A stretch of DNA of 63,916 bases, filler included, from Reclinomonas americana ATCC 50394 (lineage: Eukaryota): NCBI GenBank assembly GCA_048213135.1. It is 4 parts of 2 records of this genome, joined end to end, with 100 filler letters (N's around TTAATTAATTAA, not from the genome) between each part and the next. Parts side by side here need not be neighbours in the genome. Positions count along the whole stretch, not along the records: positions 1 to 30,034 come from PS015028.1; 3 more parts are not named here. One strand, written 5' to 3'. Made by a program: the position numbers and the translations under genes. Below the pieces are notes generated by a model. The model saw nothing but the letters and a program-made list of their open reading frames with translations. It had not been told where the DNA came from and did no database searches. This document shows, in pieces, positions 1 through 11,600 of the stretch. Each line of letters starts with the position of its first letter. Position 1 is the stretch's first letter.

Positions 1-3000
1 TGCTTGCCTCCGGCTCAAGCACATCGAGAACAGAGTGCGCAACATTTCGGTCAATCTCCGACATGTCGAGATATGTGAGGTATTGCTGCTGCAGCTTGAG
101 TCGCATGGCGGCAGCTTCCTTTTTCGGCACGAGCCGACACGTCACCAGTCCGTCGCGCAGTCTGCGGCGCACCATGAACAGCGCCGGCACGAAGAGGAAG
201 ACAAGGAAACCAACGGCGACACTGCAGAAGAATATTCAGCATGAGTGATGACTGACAACAACCGACAAACACGACACTGAAACGAACCCAGCAGCCACGC
301 CCACATAAACCCACAGCAGAGAACTCGCGTTCGCCGCTTCCTCGATCGTCTGGTCGATCATGTCGTTGCACACTTCCAGCCATGCGCTCCGTGCTCGCAG
401 GCTGTTGCGCCCGGCACTCTCGATGAACGCCGGCTGCCGCAAAGCAGGGGTACCCGCTTGCGCAAGAGAGCAAGAGGCATACAGCTGCATCGAGAGCCGT
501 ATCAGTGTTTGCACAGCGAAGGTGCACTCATGAAGCAGCAGGAACAGACCGTCAGAGAGTCACTGTGATCCACAATCACATCCAGGCTGTGCTTCGGTCG
601 CACCACCATGTTGACCTTGGGCACCTCAAACTGCGCCAAAATGACATTGTGTATGTCAGCCTCGCTGTCCAACCGGCTCCAATCGGAGTGTAGGACTGCA
701 AGGGCATGGTGCGACGTCGTCGTGTTGGAGAGGATGCGATCTCTGAAGACATCGACTCGCGCGCCGAACGAGGACGGTGCATCCTGCTTGGCGTACTCGT
801 GCATCTGCAGCGCCGAGAGGCTGGCCAATGTCGCATCGATGCTGCACGCAGAGAACAAAAGCGCGGTCAGATAATGCCATATACAGCACATGAGCGCCGA
901 CCGTCCACACCTGGCATCGACTACAATCTCAAATACTGCGCGCCTGCCAAGCGTGTCTTGCATGGTGGTATTTGTCTTAACACCGACAAAGATGAGCACA
1001 ACACAGAGAGCACCAGCGGTGAGCAGGAGTGCCCAGTTGGCTCGAGTCACTGCCACAATCTGCGAATGGGGGAAAGGGGGAGAAAAATAGTTGGTCACCA
1101 ACGAACAATCGCACACACAGTACAATAAGTGTGACTGAAACCTTTTCGGCGGCAATGATGCGCCTCACAGTGCTCGAGTTGGAGTATTCACTGGCGGCAA
1201 ATGTTGGAGTAACACGAGGCACTGCGACGGATGGTCAGTACAGATCGCATCCCGTGAGGCATTCTGTTGACTGACCTGTCTCCGTTGGACGACGCACAGC
1301 GGCTGCCCGAATCGCTTCCACGGCCTCGAGCGTCTCGATTGGGTACTATCTCGCAAAGCGCAAATGTTAGCGAGCGCCACACTAATTGGATGTAGATAGA
1401 CGCAACTCTGATGGACGATGCGAACACTCGACTTCATGTTTGCGTGCTGCGCAACGAGAGCGAGTGAGCAACACTCCCGTACAAAGCATCTAATCCAGGC
1501 GGCTAACCTTGGACGCCGAACGCTTCTTCAAGCAAGTAGACTTCAATGAAGGCAGGCTGGCATCGTCCTTTGTGACCGGGATGTTGCGGCTTGACACCGC
1601 GGGCTGGGGTATTACCTTGACAGTCTCCACCTTCTCCTCCTCGTCAGGAATCTCCACAGACGACACAGAAGACGGCAACGATTGATCTGCCCTGCAGTCT
1701 GCAACAGCGATATGGACTTCAGTACGCGTGCGCGCAGACAAAGCATAGTTGATAGAAGTGCCTCCTCACCAAAATTATCATCATCGTCGCCATCAAGAAT
1801 ATCGAGGTTTGAATTGAGCTTCCCGAAAGAGCTGCCAACTTGGTCGTCGCCGTGGAGCATTGCGTGCAAGTGCTGCGGAAATGATGAGAGCGTGTTGCGA
1901 AAAATAGGAAGACGGGGCGGCGATCATGCAGACCTGCGCAGTTTCCAGAAGAGAGAACTCGCGCTCGGCGTCGCTCGCTCGCGATCGATTGGCGCCCTCC
2001 GCTTCCACGCTGTCAGCCAGTTCATCCAGAAAACGACCTCGTCTAGCATCGCCCTTGATGTCGGTCACATACTGCACACAATGCGCGGTTGAGCAACTCA
2101 ACATGCTGGGTGCAGAAGGACATTGGTGCACACCATCGAGTAGAGCGAGATGAGCTTGAAGTCCGTTGGATAGTCCTCCAATATGGACCTGAACAGCCGG
2201 TCCGTGACGTCCTCGCGTTCGTGCAGTGTGAGCAGCAGAGAAAGTAGCTTGGCGTCTGCGCACCTCAAAGACAATGAGGGAGAGAGGCACTTCACAGCGA
2301 GCTATCAGCACACAGTCGACCAACCTTGACGATGAGCCGCAGACTCGAGTTCTCTCCACACCGCGATGGACAGTGAATAACACTTGCACATCTCCTGATG
2401 CAAGGCCGCCACGCGCTCCTTGTACAACACCTCGGCATATTGCCGGTCGTCGCCGGTCGTCAGCCGAGCACCCAGAGACCACACCACCTGCTCCAAGTCG
2501 AGGGGCAAGCATTGATTGGCCTCGTGGACGGCTGTCACGTGGGCCACCAGGGATCGCGCCTGCTCCAATTCCTCTCCGTACTCGCACAGGTAGAGAGCGT
2601 GCAGCAGCGGGACCAGGAGGTTTGTTGGTGCATCCGAGGTGGAGAAGCGAAGGGTGCCTGTGGTGAACAGGGAAAAGCACAGGAATGTGAGGAGAGGGGC
2701 ACAATGGTGAGAAGGGTAGAGTTGTGAAACTGAAGCATCGGTGTGCGGCTACGGTGAGGAGAGGCAAGACAGACGGAGAGTGGGGAAAGGGAAAGGGAGA
2801 ATGGAAGAAGGAGGGAAGAGGGAGAAAGGAAGAGAGACGAAAGAATGAAGAAATAGTGGCGAGGAGGAGAGGAGTGGAGAGGAGGAGAGGGGATAGAGAA
2901 GAGAGAGAAGGAGCTTGACAGACGCACAGACACGTACCCGCGAACATGCAGCGAGAGAGATAGCAAGACACAAAGAAGACACTGCACAGCGCAAGCACTA

Positions 3001-4882
3001 CTCGAAGAGGGATACTCTTTCACGGCATAGGGAAGACAAAGAGAGAAGAAAAACAACACTGCATCACCAAGGAGCCGACACGCACCGAGCTCAAACAAGT
3101 CAATGGCTCGAGCCCACGGTTCTGGAGTTTTGGCTGACGGAAGGCGCGCGGCAATCTCCACCGCCCACACACTCGGGAATAGGCGCGTCAAGTCATCAGA
3201 ACCATCTGCTCGACGACTGCCTCTGTCGCTCGCCGCGCTGCTGGATCCTCTCTGCACAAGCATGCGTGTGTGTTCCGTCAGGAGAATGCGGCGAGCCCTT
3301 GCAGAATAAGAAACAAACCATGAACCGCTCAGTCGGCGACGCCACTGTCAGCCGACTGCTACTCTTGCCAGTCGCATCGCCATCTGCAAAACGATCGATT
3401 GCGTCGCCGATTTGCCGCTGTCGCCAGCGGTGCAGCAGCCACCCGACGCACCAACCGAGCAGCAGGCTGCCACCAATCACCGCCAGTGACATCCACCACG
3501 TACTTGCCCCGATAACAGACAACGTGCCAGCGGCGACAGCAGCACACAACATGGCCACGCTCCACGCCACAGAGGCGTGACAGGCCATGGGCACTGAGAA
3601 GGGCAGGAAACGCAGTGCTCCGTACAAGAGAAGCACTCCAACAGCCGCACCAACGCCAGCATGCAGCAGAGGCATCGTGTGCGCGGCATAGGTGTGTGTG
3701 GCAGCGAGAAGGATGCGGATGATGTTGAGGGTGGCAAAGAAGCGGCCGGAGAGGATGCCGGCCGACCACAAGCGCGAGGCCGGTCCAAAGGGCATCGAGC
3801 TGGGAGGCGGAAGAGGTTGAGAGAGTGAGGGAGAGAGAGGTGGAAGAGAGAGAGAAAGGGAGAGAGGGAGAGAAAGGGAGAGAGGGGGAAAGAGGGAGAG
3901 AGAGGGAGAGAGAGAGAGAGACACACACACACACACACACTTGCTTGCAGGAACGAAACATGAGAGGCACGACTGTCACCATGATGCCGGCGACAATGAC
4001 GAGGAGAATACCGACGGCTGCCAGCACCAGGTTGGTGCCTTCGTCGCACACTGCGCGTGAAACACAAGTATCAGCAGCAGTGCATTCTCTCTCTTTCTCT
4101 CTCTCTGTCGTCGAGGTGCACACGCAACTCCACTCTGGATCGCTGTCATTTACCACACTCAAGTGCCGCAAAGTCGCGAAATCGCAGTGCAGAGGACGCA
4201 GCAAAACCAGGACAGCGGCCGACAGAAGCGGACCGCTGAGCACCGCGAGCTGTGTGTTCGTGGGAGAGAGAGGTGAGGAAAAGGGAGAGGTAAGACCATC
4301 AGCATCATTGCACTCCAACGTCACCTGCACGCGGCACAGGAGGCCAATTATTGAGGTGCCTGCAGAGAGTTTTGATTTCGAACTCATTTTCTCGTTTTGC
4401 CGCGAAATGTAAAGCAGTTGCGCCGCCAGCGCGACAATTGCACTGGCGACGTATGCAAAGGCCACATGGAAACGCGATAACGAGAGAGTCTGCGATGGGA
4501 GAGGCGCGCGTTTTGTGTGAGGAACCGCTGCATATTCTTCTGCGTAGTGCGCAGCAATCTAAGTGATTCTCAGCGCGTTGATGCGGACGTGCCTGTGGCA
4601 GGAGTGCGGCAGCCAGAAACGTGGACTGTGCGGCCGCGGGGAGGTTCCCAGGCGACACCACCGTGCACACAGTCGATAGGAAGGTGATGAACACACACAG
4701 CGCGTCTGCGGCGATTGCCTGCGCACGCACAAAACTGAGTCAATCATTTTCGATTTCTCAACCTCCCTCGACAACGACAACGCCCACGCAACGTGTGTGA
4801 AGAGCGCGTGCATTCCAGCGCGGTCACGGAAGATTTGTTGCAAGGTGCGTGTGAAGCCGCGGTACATGGTGGCGAGCGTCAT
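1..4882 (-). CDS. TmcB/TmcC-like (tiny macrocysts) multipass membrane protein; multi-exon, runs off the left end of the window; start codon approximate
   Basis: N-terminal cluster of hydrophobic helices (LVLAAVGILLVIVAGIMVTVVPLMF; VGAAVGVLLLYGALRFLPF; LAVIGGSLLLGWCVGWLL). These are followed by a helical region resembling the TmcB TPR-like segment (FRSILEDYPTDFKLISLYS...YVTDIKGDARRGRFLDELADSVE), a low-complexity linker, and further TM segments (WALLLTAGALCVVLIFVGV; VAVGFLVFLFVPALFMVRRRL...RLVPKKEA). GT-AG introns join the pieces. No PAS domain recognised in the window. Confidence 0.6.
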
Positions 4883-5058
4883 GGCTTACGTCGACAATCG
4901 CCTTTTCTGTGTCGGTGTTGTCGTTCGCGCGTTCTTTCCGAGTCTCTCTCTCTCTGCGCGCACACGCGCACACACACAGACTCGGGTGCTGGTGTGAGCA
5001 GGCGCGAGACTACCTCACGGAGTCAACCGAGTCTCTTCTCTCTCACGCACACACAGAA

Positions 5059-5481
5059 AGCAGTCTGTTCGACAAATATTCGCCTATAACGGCTTGTGCA
5101 TCTGAGGGAATATCAGAAAGTCCGAGGGCAAAACAACTGCAACGAGAGCCGACTGTGCAGGGCGAGGTTGACGAGCGTCGTACGGTTGAGGTGGCACAAA
5201 CAGAGCCCTGCAAACGTGTCTCATTCCAAGTGAACGTGAATGAATATCGCCCCCGGTATCTCCGCAATAAGACTCGGTCGCCCGCAGCGGCGGCAATGAT
5301 AACGACATTTCTCGTGGCTGAACGAGGTAGAGGGCATCAGCACGGCGCAAAGAGGGCACTGTACTCTGGTGCCCTTCGTCCACAGCCGTATGAGAAGACA
5401 ACACTCTGCCGTGTAAGGAAAAACAGCAAACAAGATTCTTTTGGGATATCCCCCGTGATTACAAACAACACGCGCTTTTGA
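5059..5481 (+). CDS. Possible exon of a small hypothetical protein containing a KRVSF (RVxF, PP1-docking-like) motif
   Basis: Open frame after a pyrimidine tract ending cacacag, with non-repetitive composition. No upstream exon or start codon could be established. Confidence 0.2.
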   Translation, partial: SSLFDKYSPITACASEGISESPRAKQLQREPTVQGEVDERRTVEVAQTEPCKRVSFQVNVNEYRPRYLRNKTRSPAAAAMITTFLVAERGRGHQHGAKRALYSGALRPQPYEKTTLCRVRKNSKQDSFGISPVITNNTRF

Positions 5482-5532
5482 CACTCAAGAATGACGTAAC
5501 GATATTAGGTGAATAAGATGACGAGCATTGTG

Positions 5533-6127
5533 TCATGGAAAGCGCAGCGTGCGCCTCATTATTGTGGGCGAACGAATGCGGCCAAAGTAGTTGGCGGCCG
5601 CTCTGATGAGGCCGCGTGTAGGTGTGTTGCTGCAGTGGTGAAACTAATCTGCCGTTGACTGTCGTGATATCTCCAAAAAAAACGCTGAATGGCACCAATC
5701 TAATCCCCAGCAAAGAAACGACACCGCCCGTTTCTGAGAATCGCAAGGGCAGGCGCAAGTCAAGGCAGCTGGTGCGGAGAATCAACTGAGAGAAGAGTAC
5801 GCACCTGCTGCTCATCGCATTATTCACGCCAGCGTCACCCATGCTCCACCACGCAACTGACACCAAGTCGTCTCTCCACTCATTGCAGCAAGAAAGACAC
5901 GACGCTCAGTGCTGTGTGCCGTTGCACGAAGAGACAAACGTGCTGTGTTGAGGTCAGGATTCTGATCATGAGGCTGATTCGCTCACCTCATTCTTGGAGA
6001 AAGTTTGCACCAGTTCGTTTTGCAGCACGGCGCTGAAGAACGAGACAAGCGTTCTTCGCGCCTCACTATCATCGCCGAGAGACGCACGCACCATAGGCAA
6101 AGAATCATACCACTCGCTGGCACTCAT
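5533..6127 (-). CDS. Possible small spliced hypothetical protein (MSASEWYDSLPMVRASLG...)
   Basis: ATG at 6127, donors gtgagc (~5985) and gtgcgt (~5804), and frame-compatible downstream pieces ending in TGA at 5533. One acceptor is a weak GAG. No recognised homology. Confidence 0.25.
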
Positions 6128-6315
6128 TACCCTATCGGAAACACACTCGCTGTGACTGTGCCTTTCACCTGATCCCCCTACCACTGCTGAGAAACTTACT
6201 CACACCAACCGGGCAGCTCCTGAACCGCTTGCCGATTTCACTCTTTGCCACACACACACTCACTCGATATCCGCATACACCTCACACTCACTCCTTGTTC
6301 TCTACCCCTCCCGAG

Positions 6316-7493
6316 TTACTTGGGCAACAACCCAGCACCTCGGGCGCACGCCACAAACGCCGCCTGCTGCGACCGGCACAGATCGAAGCGGTCGCCATTG
6401 GAGCGCAAGCAGCCGGCAAAGGCGTTGAAGGGCTTGTCGCACTTGGACCGGCAGTCGTCAATGCTGCGTGGTGGGAGGGAAGGGTGAGAGGGAGAGGGGA
6501 GAGGGGAGAGGGGAGAGGGGAGAGGGGAGAGGGAGAGGGAGAGGGAGAGGGAGAGGGAGAGGGAGAGGGGAGAGGGAGAGGGAGAGATAGAGGGAGACAG
6601 GGAGAGGGAGACAGGGAGTGGAGAAGAGGTTAAGGGAGTAGAGGTAATGAGCGGATTCTTGTGCATGCAGACCACATGGCACAGAGAAGAAGCAAGAAGA
6701 GGGACTGCGAGCGTAAGTGTGTGCGTGAGAGAGCTTATGTGTAGGAGAGTGTGCGTATATGTGCTGTCAACACCGCCTCGCCAATGCTGCGCGGAGTCAT
6801 AGACGAGAAAAAGAGGAGGGAGGAGAGAGTGCAAGCGTTAAGCGGAGTTTGTGAGAATGAGCGCGGGAGAGAGAGCATGTGGTTGCATGCAATAGTGTGT
6901 GTGTGAGAGAGAGAGACGAATGTGAATGCGCATGCACTGCACGGATGACTGAATCTCTCTCTCTCTCTCTGTGTGCGTGTGCGTATGCGCGTGTGTGTGT
7001 GTGTGACAGAACACTGGTTGACACCTGCATCTCTCTCTCTCTCACACACACACACTCACTCATTCTTTCACACACACATACACACTCTCACTCACCAACT
7101 GCATACATGCATGACTGCTCAATCACACGCATACGCACACACTCAATCACTCACTCACTCTCGCATTCACGCATGACTCACACATTCTCACACATTCACA
7201 CACACTCTCACTCACTCTTTATCACACACACTCACTCACACACATGCATGCATGACTCACACATTCCATCACCATCAATCTCCCTCTCCCTCTCTCTCTC
7301 TCCCTTCCTTCATACGCAACGCCTTCACTGCACACTGCTTGATGGCATTGCCCTGTGGTTGACAGCGAATCGGTCCGTCGGCGCTGCTGTCGTCGCCGCG
7401 GCATGCCAGAAACGCGGCATTCTCCGCGCGACACACCGAGCCCAGAACCTGACTCGCCGCCATCAGAACCTCCGACGGGTATTGCTCGGCCAT
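6316..7493 (-). CDS. NDUFA8: NADH:ubiquinone oxidoreductase subunit A8 (PGIV, CX9C protein), 2 exons (7493-7321, 6463-6316), 106 aa
   Basis: MAEQYPSEVLMAASQVLGSVCRAENAAFLACR...RCQPQGNAIKQC...KCDKPFNAFAGC...FDLCRSQQAAFVAC has four CX9C-type motifs. It matches the short plant/protist-type NDUFA8 pattern (PxSxVLxAxx..CxxENxAFLxC; FDLCRxxQ). Exon lengths 173+148 keep frame. Confidence 0.88.
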
Positions 7494-7602
7494 GTTTCTA
7501 GCTCGTTGAGAGAGTGCACAACGCGTCAATGTCGGTGAGCGTGCGATGAGCGGGACAGGACGATGCTGCGAGACGAGGGCGAGTCTAAAGACCTCTCCTG
7601 CG

Positions 7603-8550
7603 TGCGTAGGCTATTCTCATCTTGACGTACTTGCGGTACATGAGCGCCGAGAGATGGAAACAAGATCATAGATCGCTGCAACTGCAACTTCGCGATCGAA
7701 TTCGATAGCGACTCTCTTTGGGCTTCTGCTGCGTGCGAGATGCGTGCCTGGGCTATTCACATCTAGAGGTACTTGCGGTACATGAGCTTTGAGAGATGGA
7801 AACAGGAATCTAGATCGCAGCATTCAACTGCAACATCGAATTCGAATTCGTGAACATGATCAACACAAAATGCAACTTGAGAGTCCATGGGCTATTCCTG
7901 CGTGCGGGATGCAAATGCGTAGGCTCTTCCCACCTTGACGTACTTGCGGTACATGAGCTTTGAGAGATGGAAACAAGAATCATAGATCGCTGCAACTGCA
8001 ACTTCGAATTCGATTTTCGATCATGACTGTCTGCTGCGTACCGGATGCATGCGTAGGCTATTCCCATCTTGACGTACTTGCGGTACATGAGCTTCGAGAG
8101 TTGGAAACAGGAAGCTTGATCGCAGCGTTCAACTGCAGCCGCGACTTCGAATTCGATCGCGACTGTCGTTGGGCTTCTGCTGCGTTCAGAAGCATGCGCT
8201 GGGCATTCCTCTCGATGCACTTGCAATGCATGAGCTACGAGATCGACAGGCACGATCCGGATCGTTCGTCTCAACGTCGATAGCGACTACGTTCTTCAAA
8301 TAAAATCGATCGCTATTCAAGAGTCTCTGGCCTCTTGCAGTACAAGAGCTCCGAGACCGATGCAAGACGAATGTACACCACAACGACGTCAACTGCGAAA
8401 TCAATGTCAATAGTCGTTTCGCCATCGATCTGCAGCTTGTCTCGGTGCGAGGGATGCGCGCACTGGTCGTTCTTCTCGACATACCTGCAGTGCATAAGCT
8501 TCGTGATCGAGGCGAGAAGGATCCACACCCATTGCAAATTCGGTACCACG
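7603..8550. repeat. Degenerate tandem array of about 7 units of ~115-175 bp between the NBAS stop and the NDUFA8 start
   Basis: The core gtacttgcggtacatgagc..gagag(a/t)tggaaaca recurs at ~7627, ~7769, ~7940 and ~8074. More diverged copies lie at ~8218, ~8333 and ~8481. Confidence 0.85.
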
Positions 8551-8611
8551 TTTTGCCTTTAGCAAGCTTCCCCTTGCACCTCAACAGCACTCCCACCTGT
8601 TCTTCATGTAC

Positions 8612-11600
8612 TCAAGCCTCACTCTCCAGCAACTCCAATGCTCGCAACAAGCAATCGAGGCACGCGGACTCCACAGCGACACCACCACTGCTGCCACCTG
8701 CAGCAGCCGCGATACGGTCGGTAGAGACGCGCAGCTGCAGCTTGAGCGCCTGCAACGTGGTCGACACGGCCGCTGGTCCACCTGCGCCACTGCTACCGCC
8801 AAGTCGCGCCACCAACTCACCAGCAAAGAGGACACTGGCGTTGCTGGTGTCGAGCACCAACTGGGCCAGCAACCAGGGCGCGTGCAGATCGACGACCTCA
8901 CCCCTGTCGACAGCGATGAGAGACAAGAGAATCACACACACCATCACACATTCACGACTCACCGTGGTGGAGTCGACCACTCCATAAACGCTCGCACAAA
9001 CGGCATGCGCACACCCGAGCCGACGCGACCGTGCAACTTGAACGCCGAATGCTGTAGCACCTCGGCAGCCACCCCGTGCTCCACCACCAGCAGCAGGAGT
9101 TCCGGGTCTTCGTCGAATGTGGTCACGGAGGGCGCCTGTTGAAAGGAGAGTGAGCAAGCAGAAAAAAACCAGTCTTGCAAATGACTAGAAACATCTCACA
9201 ATACTTCTGCTTTCTCCCTCTCTGCATATTCGTCTTCTTTCATGTTGTTTACTTCCCGGTATTTCTCCACTCTCACACACACACCTAATTCCTCTTCTCT
9301 TGCTCCTCCTCCTTCAACTCGTACTTCCCTCCACACGTGCTACCTCCCACTTCTCTCTCTTCTGTTTCTGCTCCATCCTCCTTGCATGTACTCATCTTCT
9401 GTTGCTTCTTCTTCTTCATCTCCTTCTCCTACTTCTTCTCTCTTCCACCAGTCTCTCTTCTATCTCTGCTCCTTCTCCTTCTCCTTGTTTTTTAGGCGCA
9501 GTTAGCTCATCAGCACTCCCTGTTTCTTCTTCAACTTGTTGTTCTTGTCGTCCCTCCTTTTGTCTCTCCCTCTTGTGATTCTTCTACCACTGCCCCCTCC
9601 CTCCCCTTCCCCCTCCCTCCCCCCTTCTCTCCCTTCCCACCCACTCACCATCTCCAGTATCGACAACCACCGGTCATGCACCTCCGGCACCGCACTGGAG
9701 AGAGCGCACTTCAGGGCAGCTGCCATGGCACCCGGCTCCACCGGATCCAGTGCGCCAAGCTGCCACACAATGGCATCCATCAGCTGCACCTCGTCGGCCT
9801 GCGTGCATCGCGCATTCGTTAGCAACATGAGCACAGGCACAACACTTGCCTGTGAAACACACACCGAAGAGGACGAGTCGCCGAACAGCGGCACCGAGTG
9901 CGCTTGCGCCAACTGGCGCACCTCCCACACGATTTCCGCCAGCGTATTTCCGTCGCCAGCACCGGCACCGACCAGCGACTCGTACTGCTCGCTGACGTGC
10001 AACAACAGCGCACGCAGCCGATCGCCCACCACGGACGACGGCTCCAACTGCAACGAACACAAGCTGCTGGCCAGCAACTGCGCCTGCTCCAGCGAGCTGA
10101 TTTGCGACAGAACGGTGCCGGAGAATGCACCGGCATCGAGCACCGACTCGAGCGTGGTGCCGGGCGCCACAGCCTGCAGCGGCGCCAGCAGCTCGTCACG
10201 CGACACGTGTTTTGGCGCTCGAGGATGCCAGTCAGGCAGCACGGCATCCGGGTCCACCGAGCACTCGAGGTCCCACAATGCGGCATGCACGGAGGGCGGC
10301 GGTTGTGGTGTGGGGGCCGCAACTGGGCGGGGAGACAGACGGAATGGGACGGAGGGCCTCACAAGAAAAGGTGATAGGCCAGCCAGATTGCTCGATACCA
10401 GCACTCTCCTACTCATGGTAGCCGGTTTCTACGCACTACTTCGTTTCGCGCCCACATTTCCNNNNNNNNNNNNNNNNNNNNNNNNNNNNNNNNNNNNNNN
10501 NNNNNNNNNNNNNNNNNNNNNNNNNNNNNNNNNNNNNNNNNNNNNNNNNNNNNNNNNNNNNNNNNNNNNNNNNNNNNNNNNNNNNNNNNNNNNNNNNNNN
10601 NNNNNNNNNNNNNNNNNNNNNNNNNNNNNNNNNNNNNNNNNNNNNNNNNNNNNNNNNNNNNNNNNNNNNNNNNNNNNNNNNNNNNNNNNNNNNNNNNNNN
10701 NNNNNNNNNNNNNNNNNNNNNNNNNNNNNNNNNNNNNNNNNNNNNNNNNNNNNNNNNNNNNNNNNNNNNNNNNNNNNNNNNNNNNNNNNNNNNNNNNNNN
10801 NNNNNNNNNNNNNNNNNNNNNNNNNNNNNNNNNNNNNNNNNNNNNNNNNNNNNNNNNNNNNNNNNNNNNNNNNNNNNNNNNNNNNNNNNNNNNNNNNNNN
10901 NNNNNNNNNNNNNNNNNNNNNNNNNNNNNNNNNNNNNNNNNNNNNNNNNNNNNNNNNNNNNNNNNNNNNNNNNNNNNNNNNNNNNNNNNNNNNNNNNNNN
11001 NNNNNNNNNNNNNNNNNNNNNNNNNNNNNNNNNNNNNNNNNNNNNNNNNNNNNNNNNNNNNNNNNNNNNNNNNNNNNNNNNNNNNNNNNNNNNNNNNNNN
11101 NNNNNNNNNNNNNNNNNNNNNNNNNNNNNNNNNNNNNNNNNNNNNNNNNNNNNNNNNNNNNNNNNNNNNNNNNNNNNNNNNNNNNNNNNNNNNNNNNNNN
11201 NNNNNNNNNNNNNNNNNNNNNNNNNNNNNNNNNNNNNNNNNNNNNNNNNNNNNNNNNNNNNNNNNNNNNNNNNNNNNNNNNNNNNNNNNNNNNNNNNNNN
11301 NNNNNNNNNNNNNNNNNNNNNNNNNNNNNNNNNNNNNNNNNNNNNNNNNNNNNNNNNNNNNNNNNNNNNNNNNNNNNNNNNNNNNNNNNNNNNNNNNNNN
11401 NNNNNNNNCTCTCTCTCTCTCTCTCTCTGCCCTCCCCTCCCACTCTGTCTCCTTTCTACCCCTCCCACTCACCATGCTCTGGCAGGAACCGCGAGAGAAT
11501 GGAACGCGCCACCGATCGACAAGTATCCATGCCGAGTCCCTCGCGCAGCAACTCCAGCACAGTCTCCCAGTCGGCCTTTTGCACAACAGCCAGCACTGCA

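Noticed and set aside
5786..5804. Possible 19-nt intron gtgcgtactcttctctcag
   Set aside because: Splicing it gives an immediate stop, a longer intron from the same donor fits, and other short introns here are ~45-70 nt.
7603..8550. CRISPR interpretation of the intergenic arrays (also 29362-29612)
   Set aside because: The context is eukaryotic, no cas genes are present, the repeats are degenerate, and the inter-core segments of the 7.6-kb array are homologous to each other rather than unique spacers.
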